Positions 40,166-47,776 of a stretch of 51,122 nucleotides of DNA are shown here, one piece after another. Each line of letters opens with the position of its first letter. Position 1 is the stretch's first letter. A model generated the notes under the pieces. It saw nothing but the letters and a program-made list of their open reading frames with translations, searched no databases and had not been told where the DNA came from. Location: the NCBI GenBank assembly GCA_040752415.1, contig JBFMGU010000046.1, positions 1 through 51,122 of the forward strand, in the 5' to 3' direction. The position numbers and the translations under genes were made by a program. The DNA is from Myxococcota bacterium (GTDB taxonomy: Bacteria > Myxococcota > JACRCW01).

Positions 40166-41107
40166 TCAGAGCACCTTGAGCCTGGGCGAGTTGCGCTCGG
40201 AGGCCTGACGCTCCGCGCCACGTTGCCGCAGCCGCTCCCAGATGAAGTCCAGGGGATGTTGTCCCACGTGCGCGGCCTCGTGGGTGCCCTGGGCGCGTCG
40301 CACCATGTTGACCTTGAACCCAAGCGCGCGACGTCCCGCGTTCAGCTCGGTGAGCTGCGCCGCCAGCGCCTCCCAGCGCCCCTGCTGCTCCAGGTCGGCG
40401 CGGTACGGCGCGCAGTAGAAGTTGGTGCACACCGTGGGGCGCGCGCCCTCGGTGAGCAGGCAGCCCGTGGGCCCCAGGAAGCCGCAGCGCGTCTCGTCGC
40501 CGGAGAACTGCGTCACCAGCGGCGCGCGCTCTCCCAGCAGCACCCGGAACGCCGCGTCCAGTCCGTCCCAGGCCAGGAACACCATGCCGCTGCAGCAGTC
40601 GCCGCCGCGCAGCTCGGGCGCCAGCTTGCGCTCACACTGGCCACACTGCGCGTCGCCGCGGGTGAGGCGGGAGGTGGCCAGGCCCGCGTCGCGGATCCGC
40701 TCCGCCAGCACACGCAGCTGCGCCACCCGCGCCGGCGGCATGGCCTGCAGCGCCAGCTCTGCCTCCCGCTCCAGGAGCTTGAGCACCAGGATGGCCTGGG
40801 CGCGGTAGCTCGTGGCCAGGTGCTCGTGGCGCTGGTAGCTGCGGTAGGCGGTGAGGAGCTCGGCGTCGGCGCGCGCGCGCCGGAACGTGCGACGCACCCC
40901 CTCCATCCCCTCTTCCACCAGCCCGCGCGGCGGGAGCGTGCCCTGCGCCAGCTCACCCAGCGCCTGGGGCAGGCGTTGGCGCGCGGCCTTGCTGACGTCC
41001 TGGCCGGCGCGGAAGGCGGCGTAGGTGAGCGCGCCCAGCTGCGCCGGTGGATCCGGCCAGGTCTCCTGGAGGCGCGTGCGCACGTGGCGCATGACCGTCT
41101 TGAGCAT
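40166..41107 (-). CDS. Hypothetical protein with a YkgJ/CxxCxxCC-like Cys cluster
   Basis: CGQC...DCC...CGFLGPTGCLL....RPTVCTNFYC, with an AGGAG RBS before 41107. Confidence 0.7.
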   Translation of the reverse strand: MLKTVMRHVRTRLQETWPDPPAQLGALTYAAFRAGQDVSKAARQRLPQALGELAQGTLPPRGLVEEGMEGVRRTFRRARADAELLTAYRSYQRHEHLATSYRAQAILVLKLLEREAELALQAMPPARVAQLRVLAERIRDAGLATSRLTRGDAQCGQCERKLAPELRGGDCCSGMVFLAWDGLDAAFRVLLGERAPLVTQFSGDETRCGFLGPTGCLLTEGARPTVCTNFYCAPYRADLEQQGRWEALAAQLTELNAGRRALGFKVNMVRRAQGTHEAAHVGQHPLDFIWERLRQRGAERQASERNSPRLKVL

Positions 41108-41139
41108 TCCGCTCCTGCTGCCACACGCGGGCATGGCAC

Positions 41140-41177
41140 AAAAGAAAAGAGCCAGCCCTCTTCAGGCTGGCCCTTTT
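41140..41177 (-). terminator. Rho-independent terminator after the 41200-42471 gene
   Basis: Minus-strand GCCAGCC-loop-GGCTGGC followed by TCTTTTCTTTT. Confidence 0.8.
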
Positions 41178-41199
41178 CATCAACACGTTGCGGTGCGCA

Positions 41200-42471
41200 T
41201 CAGCCGCGGAGCGCGCGGATCGGCGTCATCTGCATGTCGTGCATGCTCTTCATCATGTTGGAGAGCATTTCGTACATCTTCTGCAGGTCGCTCATCAGCT
41301 TCTGGAGCAGCTGCTGCTTCATGGTGTCGGACATCTTGGACGGGTCACCGTACTGCTGGCCGTCCACCTCCATGCCGCCGCCGCTGCGGGCGCTGTCCAT
41401 GGCCCCGCCGATGGCGCTGCCGGCCAGGTTGCCCAGCGAGCCGCCGATGGACGCGCCCAGCATGGTGCCCAGGCCCGGGACGACGCTGCCCACCACCGCA
41501 CCGCCGATGGTGCCGAGCAGACCGCCGATGCCGCCGCCCTTGGTGGCGCCATTGGCCGCGCCGCCCTTGTCCAGCTGCTGCACCTTGTTGAGGATCTCCT
41601 TCTCCTTCTTGGCGGCGTACTTGGCCAGCAGCACCGCGAGGATGTCCTCGAAGGAGGCGTTGGCCAGGTTGACGCCCATGCCGTTGGCAATCTGGTGCGC
41701 CTCGACGTCACCCTGCAGACCCGCGCGGGCCGCGTCGGTGTTGCCCTTGGTGCCGCCCATGAAGCTGGCGATGTTGCCCTCCATGCGCTGCAGGCTGCCC
41801 AGGATGGAGCCCGCCACCTTGTTGGCCAGCATGGCGCCCGCCAGCGGAACCGCCAGGCCACCCAGGGCCGCGGCAATGCCGAGCTTGGGCAGCAGACCCG
41901 CGCCCAGCGCCTGCTTCATGATGGCGCCCGCGGTGCTGAACGGGGGACGCCACACGGTGAGCTTCCCGTCCTTGCAGCCGTCGGCGATGATGCGGCCGCC
42001 CAGCATCTGCTCCATCTGGCTCTTGAAGAGCGGGTCCCGCATGATCTGCTTCTCGATGGAGCGGCCGGTCTTGCCCGTGCCGAACGGCGCCTCACGGCTG
42101 ATGCCGCCGCCGAACGGGTTGAAGCCGCGCGCCAGGTCCGCAACGTTGGCCAGCGCCGCGCCCGCAAGGCGACCGGACATGAAGTCCATGGGACGGGGCA
42201 CAAAGCCGAACGGCGAGAGACCCTTGCCGCGCAGCGAGTCCATGGTCTTGGTGGACAGGCCGCTGCTGTAGTCGGCCAGGTTGCGCATCATGCCCTGGAT
42301 GTCGCCGCGCTGAGCGTCAATGCGCGCGCCCACCAGGTCACCGATCTTGTCAGCGAGCTCGGGCGGGTAGCCCAGGTCCACCAGGGACTTGTCCAGCATG
42401 CGGTTGACCTGCATGCCCTGGGAGCCGTTGAACACGCGGTTGAAGCCAGTGCCGGAGCCGACGATCGTCAT
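41200..42471 (-). CDS. Gly/Met-rich putative T3SS-secreted structural protein (translocator/filament-like)
   Basis: Two Gly-zipper hydrophobic segments, a coiled coil (SFEDILAVLLAKYAAKKEKEILNKVQQL) and C-terminal LQKLMSDLQKMYEMLSNMMKSMHDMQMTPIRALRG. No Sec signal; adjacent to a SycD-like gene. Confidence 0.6.
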   Translation of the reverse strand: MTIVGSGTGFNRVFNGSQGMQVNRMLDKSLVDLGYPPELADKIGDLVGARIDAQRGDIQGMMRNLADYSSGLSTKTMDSLRGKGLSPFGFVPRPMDFMSGRLAGAALANVADLARGFNPFGGGISREAPFGTGKTGRSIEKQIMRDPLFKSQMEQMLGGRIIADGCKDGKLTVWRPPFSTAGAIMKQALGAGLLPKLGIAAALGGLAVPLAGAMLANKVAGSILGSLQRMEGNIASFMGGTKGNTDAARAGLQGDVEAHQIANGMGVNLANASFEDILAVLLAKYAAKKEKEILNKVQQLDKGGAANGATKGGGIGGLLGTIGGAVVGSVVPGLGTMLGASIGGSLGNLAGSAIGGAMDSARSGGGMEVDGQQYGDPSKMSDTMKQQLLQKLMSDLQKMYEMLSNMMKSMHDMQMTPIRALRG

Positions 42472-42553
42472 GGGGAACTCGCTTTCTTTCGGAAGTTGGG
42501 GAAGGGAACCATTTCCCTTCGCAGTTTGTTCGCCCCGAAGGGCACGGCCACTT

Positions 42554-42582
42554 TATCGGGGCACTCCTCGAACCGTTGCCAG
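42554..42582 (-). promoter_or_regulatory. Putative alternative-sigma promoter CTGGCAAC-N16-CGATA, copy 1
   Basis: Minus strand CTGGCAACggttcgaggagtgcccCGATA. The same motif and spacing occur at 43760-43788. Confidence 0.65.
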
Positions 42583-42666
42583 ATCTTGAGCCTTTTCTTC
42601 GGTCAGTGATCTGAGGCTACATCTCCCACCCGCCGTGCCACGGCGTGAAACCAGCTGAAAAAACAG

Positions 42667-43140
42667 TCACTTGCGACGCAGATACTCCGCGAGCGCCCGG
42701 GCCTTGCGGGCCAGCGGGCTCTCCGGGTCGCGCGCGATGTTGCAGGCGTGATCCAGGTCCGCCAGGGCCTCCTTGCGCTTGCCGGTGGCCACGTACACCT
42801 CGGCGCGATTGATGAACGCGGCCAGGTTGGAGGGCGCCACGCGGGAAGCGTAGGTGAACTGCTTGATGGCCCGGTCCGGGTCTCCCAGCTTGTGATAGAT
42901 GACCCCGAGCGCGCGGTAGTAGTAGTCGTTGCGCGGGTCGATGGCGACGAGACCCTCGAAGATGGTCTTGGCCTCTTCGTTTTTTCCCTGCAAGAGGAAG
43001 AAGTAGCCCTGGTGGGCAATGGCGTAGAGCTCGCTGTCGGAGTAGCCCTTGATCTCCTTGAGGGTGGTCTTTCCTTCCGCCCACCCCTGGATCAGGCTCT
43101 GCAGCGACTTCTCTTTGCTCTGCGGGACAAGATCAGCCAT
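42667..43140 (-). CDS. SycD/LcrH family type III secretion chaperone
   Basis: 157 aa. WAEGKTTLKEIKGYSDSELYAIAHQGYFFLLQGKNEEAKTIFEGL plus three TPRs match the class II chaperone pattern. Confidence 0.82.
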   Translation of the reverse strand: MADLVPQSKEKSLQSLIQGWAEGKTTLKEIKGYSDSELYAIAHQGYFFLLQGKNEEAKTIFEGLVAIDPRNDYYYRALGVIYHKLGDPDRAIKQFTYASRVAPSNLAAFINRAEVYVATGKRKEALADLDHACNIARDPESPLARKARALAEYLRRK

Positions 43141-43247
43141 GCGCGGAGCGCCACGCTAGCAGCGCGCAGCGCGGAAGCACAGCCCCAACTGAACGGGAAA
43201 CGGACCGATGCCGCCCAGCGGAGTCAGCGCGGGCGGGAGCGGAAGGA

Positions 43248-43724
43248 TCAGGCCTCGCTGGTGCCAATCACCCGGGCGTAGATCCCCTCCTGCATCTCAT
43301 GGACGGAGCGCATCAGGGTCATCAGGGCCTGCTCCCGCGCCAGGGAGGCCTTCATCTGGTTGCGGCGATCCTCCGGCAGGGCCGCCGCTTCCGCGGACTG
43401 CAGGTACTTGTGCAGATCCTGGGCGTTGGCGCCGCGGGCCTTGCCCAGCGCCACGCGCACCATGATGTGGTCATGCTGGGGGCCCACCGCGGTGGCCAGC
43501 GGGTTGGCGGCGGCGGGCGGGGAGAGCCGCAGGTGCTCCGAGTTGGTGGTGGGCGCCAGGAACTCCGTGGCGCGCGCCTCCGGGATGGGCTGGATGGACG
43601 GATCCTTGGGCGGCGTGGGCTTCTGGACCCGGATCTCCTCCGCGGTGATCCCCAGCGTGGGATTGCTGACCGGCCAGGGCCAGACTGTGGCTGGGCTGCG
43701 ATTTCCACCGACCTTGTCGCTCAT
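43248..43724 (-). CDS. Hypothetical protein (158 aa), candidate T3SS/chaperone substrate
   Basis: Pro-rich disordered N-half with LRLSPP and a helical C-half. Co-oriented upstream of the SycD-like gene. Confidence 0.65.
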   Translation of the reverse strand: MSDKVGGNRSPATVWPWPVSNPTLGITAEEIRVQKPTPPKDPSIQPIPEARATEFLAPTTNSEHLRLSPPAAANPLATAVGPQHDHIMVRVALGKARGANAQDLHKYLQSAEAAALPEDRRNQMKASLAREQALMTLMRSVHEMQEGIYARVIGTSEA

Positions 43725-43759
43725 CAAGGCACCCGTAACCGGAAAGGACCGTCCGGCAG

Positions 43760-43788
43760 TATCGCCCATCCGGGCGACCTGTTGCCAG
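43760..43788 (-). promoter_or_regulatory. Putative alternative-sigma promoter CTGGCAAC-N16-CGATA, copy 2
   Basis: Minus strand CTGGCAACaggtcgcccggatgggCGATA, 35 bp upstream of the ATG at 43724. Confidence 0.65.
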
Positions 43789-43793
43789 TGGGG

Positions 43794-44864
43794 CTACAGC
43801 CGGTAGCCCAGCGCCAACAGCGCGGTGAACCGCAGGAAGGGCGTGCGCACCGCGGACAGCTCGGCCGTGTACGCCGCCGTCCGGCCCTCCAGCCACAGCC
43901 CACCCGCCAGCGGCACCGAGACCTGCACGCTGGCCGAGGTCTGGTTCTCGTCGCTCTCCTGCAGCGCCAGGCGCTCCCCCAGGCCCAGGCCCTCCGGCCA
44001 ACGCGTGGCCTGCAGCTGGGTGTCGGCGAGCAGGCGCACCCCGCCCGGCAGGCTGAGGCCGGCGGTCAGCCCCAGCCGCGCCCGCGCGTAGGCCTCACCC
44101 CGGCTGTTGGAGACGTTGCCGGAAACCCGCAGCGCGGCGCGGAGGTACAACGCCCGCACGCTTTCCACGCTGAGCTCGCCCCAGGCGCTGCCGTCGCGGC
44201 GACGGTCGCTCTTGTCAAAGGTGCGCTGCCCCTGCTCGTCCTCCCCCACGGCGGGGTAGCCCTGCGGGAACACGCGACCGTCCAGGCCGGTGGAGGCGCT
44301 GGCCAGCTCCGCGTCGGTGAAGCGCAGCAACGCCGACCCGCTCAAGGACGCGCCCGCGTGATGGAAGCGGTTGTCGGGCCAGAAGATGAACCCGCGCGGC
44401 CCGCCCCCGACGACAAACTGCAGCGCCCACACCGGCCCCAGCACCAGCCCGGCCTCCGCGCTCGCCGTGCTGTAGGTGCGCAGACCGCTGCGTTGTCGAC
44501 GATCCCGCGCGCTCACCTCCGCGAAGGTGCCCAGCAGCGAGAGCAGGCGCGTCTCATGGCGGGCGCGCAGCTCGCTGACCAGCAGGTCCTCGGTGCGCTG
44601 GTGCTGGAACAGCTTGGCGCCCAGCTGGGCCTCCACCCCCACCCGCTGGCCCGCCTCCTGGTGCGCGAGCAGCCCCCAGAGCTGGCTGCGCCACAGCAGG
44701 TCCGCGCGGGGGGCTTCTCCGCTGATGTCGCGGCGGGCGTTGCTGTCGGCTTCCGGGCCGGTGGTGACGCGGGCCCGCACCTCCCCGGAGAGCGGAGCCA
44801 GCAGCAGCAACAGCGCGGGGAGCAATCCGCCGGTCACGGCCCACCGTACGACGAGAACGCCCAC
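43794..44864 (-). CDS. Putative outer-membrane beta-barrel protein
   Basis: Signal peptide, alternating amphipathic beta-strands and C-terminal LALGYRL. The start is uncertain. Confidence 0.65.
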   Translation of the reverse strand: MGVLVVRWAVTGGLLPALLLLLAPLSGEVRARVTTGPEADSNARRDISGEAPRADLLWRSQLWGLLAHQEAGQRVGVEAQLGAKLFQHQRTEDLLVSELRARHETRLLSLLGTFAEVSARDRRQRSGLRTYSTASAEAGLVLGPVWALQFVVGGGPRGFIFWPDNRFHHAGASLSGSALLRFTDAELASASTGLDGRVFPQGYPAVGEDEQGQRTFDKSDRRRDGSAWGELSVESVRALYLRAALRVSGNVSNSRGEAYARARLGLTAGLSLPGGVRLLADTQLQATRWPEGLGLGERLALQESDENQTSASVQVSVPLAGGLWLEGRTAAYTAELSAVRTPFLRFTALLALGYRL

Positions 44865-44944
44865 CCTGGCGACGGCCGGGGCGTCAGGCCTTTGTGCGCG
44901 GCCCCAACGTCACGTATGAGCACCGCGTGGACGGAGGATGGGTC

Positions 44945-45679
44945 ATGGGCCTGTTGGACGGACTGTTCGGGGGCGGGGAGAAGAAGAAGGTGGAGGGGCT
45001 GGTGGCGAAGGTGAAGCAGGCCTACGCCCAGCCGGAGGTCCGCCAGGAGGCCATGGAGAGCCTGTTCAAGCTGGGCACGCAAGAGGCGTTCAAGGGCGTG
45101 CTGCAGCGGTTCACCTACGTGTGCCAGAGCCTGCACTGGGACGGGGTGGAGAAGAAGTGGCTGGTGGATGAGCTGGCCAAGACCGGGGAGCCGGTGCTGG
45201 GGCCGCTCAAGGACTTCATCCACCACGACGACAACGTGAACCTGGCGGTGCGCGCGCTGGAGAAGATGGTGCCGGAGGCCGACGCGCAGGCCACGCTCAT
45301 CAGCGCGCTGACGGCCCGCGCCCCCGACGACTACCGGAAGACCGGGGCCAAGCTGGAGCTCATTGACCACCTGGGCACCCGCCCGGTGAGCCCGGAGCTG
45401 TGGAAGGCGGTGGAACCCTACCTGCAGGACCACAGCGACGACGTGCGCGCCAAGGTCCTCGAGGTCATCGAGGGGTGGAAGCACGGGGAGGCGGGCGCCG
45501 CGGTGGCCGCGCTGCTGGCCGACGACACGCTGAGCGCCCGGGTGCACCGCCAGGCGGCGCAGACGTTGTGCGCGCTGGGAGTGAAGCTCAGCCCCGCGCC
45601 CACCCTGCCGCCCGCCGCCGCCGAGGACTACGCGGTGGATGGCGACGGGCAGGTGGTGCGCAAGAAGCCGGCGAAGTGA
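44945..45679 (+). CDS. HEAT-repeat-like protein
   Basis: GGAGG upstream, helical repeats EVRQEAMESL and YLQDHSDDVRAKVLEVI, and LLADD...RV...AAQTL. Confidence 0.8.
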   Translation: MGLLDGLFGGGEKKKVEGLVAKVKQAYAQPEVRQEAMESLFKLGTQEAFKGVLQRFTYVCQSLHWDGVEKKWLVDELAKTGEPVLGPLKDFIHHDDNVNLAVRALEKMVPEADAQATLISALTARAPDDYRKTGAKLELIDHLGTRPVSPELWKAVEPYLQDHSDDVRAKVLEVIEGWKHGEAGAAVAALLADDTLSARVHRQAAQTLCALGVKLSPAPTLPPAAAEDYAVDGDGQVVRKKPAK

Positions 45680-45733
45680 GATCGCGGTGACCGCGCGGCC
45701 GGGGATGTCCGCGCCACAGGGCGGGCGGCGGAA

Positions 45734-47776
45734 TCAGCCGTTCTTCACGCGCACGGTGTAGTTGGCGCAGAAGGGCGCGGTGCCGGGGGTGAGACGCACC
45801 TTGATGGTGAAGTCGGTGTCGTCGTCGCTGCCGTAGCTGCCGTCCTTGGTCCAGCGCGACACCCCGCACTGCTCCCCGCCGCGCCCGCAGCCCTGGCCCT
45901 GCACGTCGTGGCCGCTCTCGCGGATGCACATCTCCACCCCCGGCGGCGTGTTCAGCAGGATGATCTCCACGTCGAACTCGTCGCCAAAGAGCTGGCCCGC
46001 GCCGCCCTCGTCGTCGGCGTAGAGCCACATGATGTCCGTGTCCGAGGCGTCATGCAGCGTGCCCGAGAAGCTGCGCTCCGTGCCGTCGTCGGGGATGCGG
46101 CCGAAGTCCCGCTCACCCTGGCCGCAGATCTCCCCCAGGTCCCCGCCGTCATCCTCGCGACACTCACAACCCGTCACCTCCACCTCGTCGGCGTTGTGCC
46201 AGCCCGCCTCGCACGCGTCGATCTCACAGGAGCCGAAGGTGCAGTCCGGCGTGGCGTGCGGAATGGGACAACCCTCCTCACAGGTGATGCCGCGCGCGGT
46301 CAGCTGCACGCGCGTCAGCGGGCTGTCGGTGTCGTCGGTCTGGAACACCAGCGCGCCGGTGGCCAGGCCCAACGTCACCGGCGAGTAGTGCAACGTCACC
46401 TTGATGGGCTGGTCCTCCGGCATCAACACCGCCGGCAGGCCCGGCACCAGCTCCATGGTGAGCTGCGCGTTGCTGCCCGGCTCCAGGAAGATGTTGGTCA
46501 CATTCAGCGGACCGGCGCCGGTGTTCTGCAACAGCACCGTGGCCGGCGTGGCCTGCCAACCCACGACGACACCGCCAAAGTCCACGCGGTCCACGTTGGG
46601 CTGCGCATGCGGCAGCACGCCAAACGCGTCCAGCCGGATGTCCACCGCCAGCTGGCCGGGGTCGTTGGTCTGCAGGCGCAGCGTGGGCACCCGCCCCCCG
46701 CTCCCACGCGCCGGACCACCGTTCACCGCCGTGAAACGCACCAGCAGCGAGCCGTACTCGAACGGCCCCATGGCCGGCAGCTGCCCCGCCGAGGGCTCGA
46801 TGGTGAAGCCCGACCCCGACGCGTCGATGAGCTCCGGGATGACCAGCAGGTCCGAGCCGCCCAGGTTGCGCAGCTGCAGCGTGGTCTCCAGGGAGCTGCC
46901 CACGCCGGTGCTGCCCAGGTCCAGCACGTTGCCCTGCAGCGGCGGATCAAACGCAAGCTGCGGCGCCTCCCGCGCGGTGCCGACGAGGCGGACCTGCACG
47001 TCGGGGTGGGTGGGGTCGTTGGTCTTGAGGTGCAGGATCCCGTGGTAGGTGCGCGCCGCGTCGGCGGCCAGCAGCGGCGAGAACTGGATGTTGATCTGCA
47101 GCTCCTCCGCGGCGTTGGCAATGCCCGGCACGCCGGAGAGGAGGGAGAACTCCACGTCGCTGCCTTCCTCCAGCTCCGCCTCACTCACGACGAGGATGGC
47201 GTTCTGCTCCGCCGCGTTCTGCACCACCAGCGCCAACGCCAGCGTCTCCCCGGGATTCACGAAGCCGAAGTTCAGCTCCTCATTGGGCAGCCCCACCCGC
47301 GGGCTGGCGAGCGTGCGCGTGCGCAAGGGCAGCTCGATGGGGTCCGGGTCCTCACCGGTGCCCGGCGTCACCGTGTAGACCACGCGCACCAGGCCGTCGT
47401 CGGGAGTGGCGTCGGAGGGCTGGTAGCGCACCGGCACCGTGAGCGTGGCGCCCGCGGCCAGCGAGTAGGGCAGCTCCTCCGCCAGCTCCACGGTGAAATC
47501 CGCGCTGGTCTCCGTCGACAGCGAGACGCGCTGCAGGTCCACCGTGCCGCCGCCGCGGTTGGAGATGGTGAGCTGGTGGGCCTGGTCGCAGCCCGTCATC
47601 ACGCAGTCAAAGCCCAGGCCGAAGGGCGGCGAGATGTAGATCTTGGGCCGCTCCGGCTCGACGGAGGAACACGCGCCCCCGTCGGGGCAATCTCCGTCGC
47701 CCGTGGCTGGCTGGTTGCAACCGCCCAGCAGCGCGACGCCCGTCAGGAGCGCCGCATGGAAACGCAACACGCTCAT
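45734..47776 (-). CDS. Choice-of-anchor D / ASPM-SPD2-Hydin (Ig-like) repeat lipoprotein
   Basis: Lipobox LGGC and four repeats of (L/V)(D/N)FG.V....L...N.G...L......TND(P)...V.L.G. ATGA overlap with the upstream gene. Confidence 0.82.
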   Translation of the reverse strand: MSVLRFHAALLTGVALLGGCNQPATGDGDCPDGGACSSVEPERPKIYISPPFGLGFDCVMTGCDQAHQLTISNRGGGTVDLQRVSLSTETSADFTVELAEELPYSLAAGATLTVPVRYQPSDATPDDGLVRVVYTVTPGTGEDPDPIELPLRTRTLASPRVGLPNEELNFGFVNPGETLALALVVQNAAEQNAILVVSEAELEEGSDVEFSLLSGVPGIANAAEELQINIQFSPLLAADAARTYHGILHLKTNDPTHPDVQVRLVGTAREAPQLAFDPPLQGNVLDLGSTGVGSSLETTLQLRNLGGSDLLVIPELIDASGSGFTIEPSAGQLPAMGPFEYGSLLVRFTAVNGGPARGSGGRVPTLRLQTNDPGQLAVDIRLDAFGVLPHAQPNVDRVDFGGVVVGWQATPATVLLQNTGAGPLNVTNIFLEPGSNAQLTMELVPGLPAVLMPEDQPIKVTLHYSPVTLGLATGALVFQTDDTDSPLTRVQLTARGITCEEGCPIPHATPDCTFGSCEIDACEAGWHNADEVEVTGCECREDDGGDLGEICGQGERDFGRIPDDGTERSFSGTLHDASDTDIMWLYADDEGGAGQLFGDEFDVEIILLNTPPGVEMCIRESGHDVQGQGCGRGGEQCGVSRWTKDGSYGSDDDTDFTIKVRLTPGTAPFCANYTVRVKNG

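Noticed and set aside
42626..42645. TGGCACG (minus strand) as a sigma54 -24 box
   Set aside because: The -12 position reads GG rather than the conserved GC, and the site is better explained as a short palindrome (CGCCGTGCCACGGCG).
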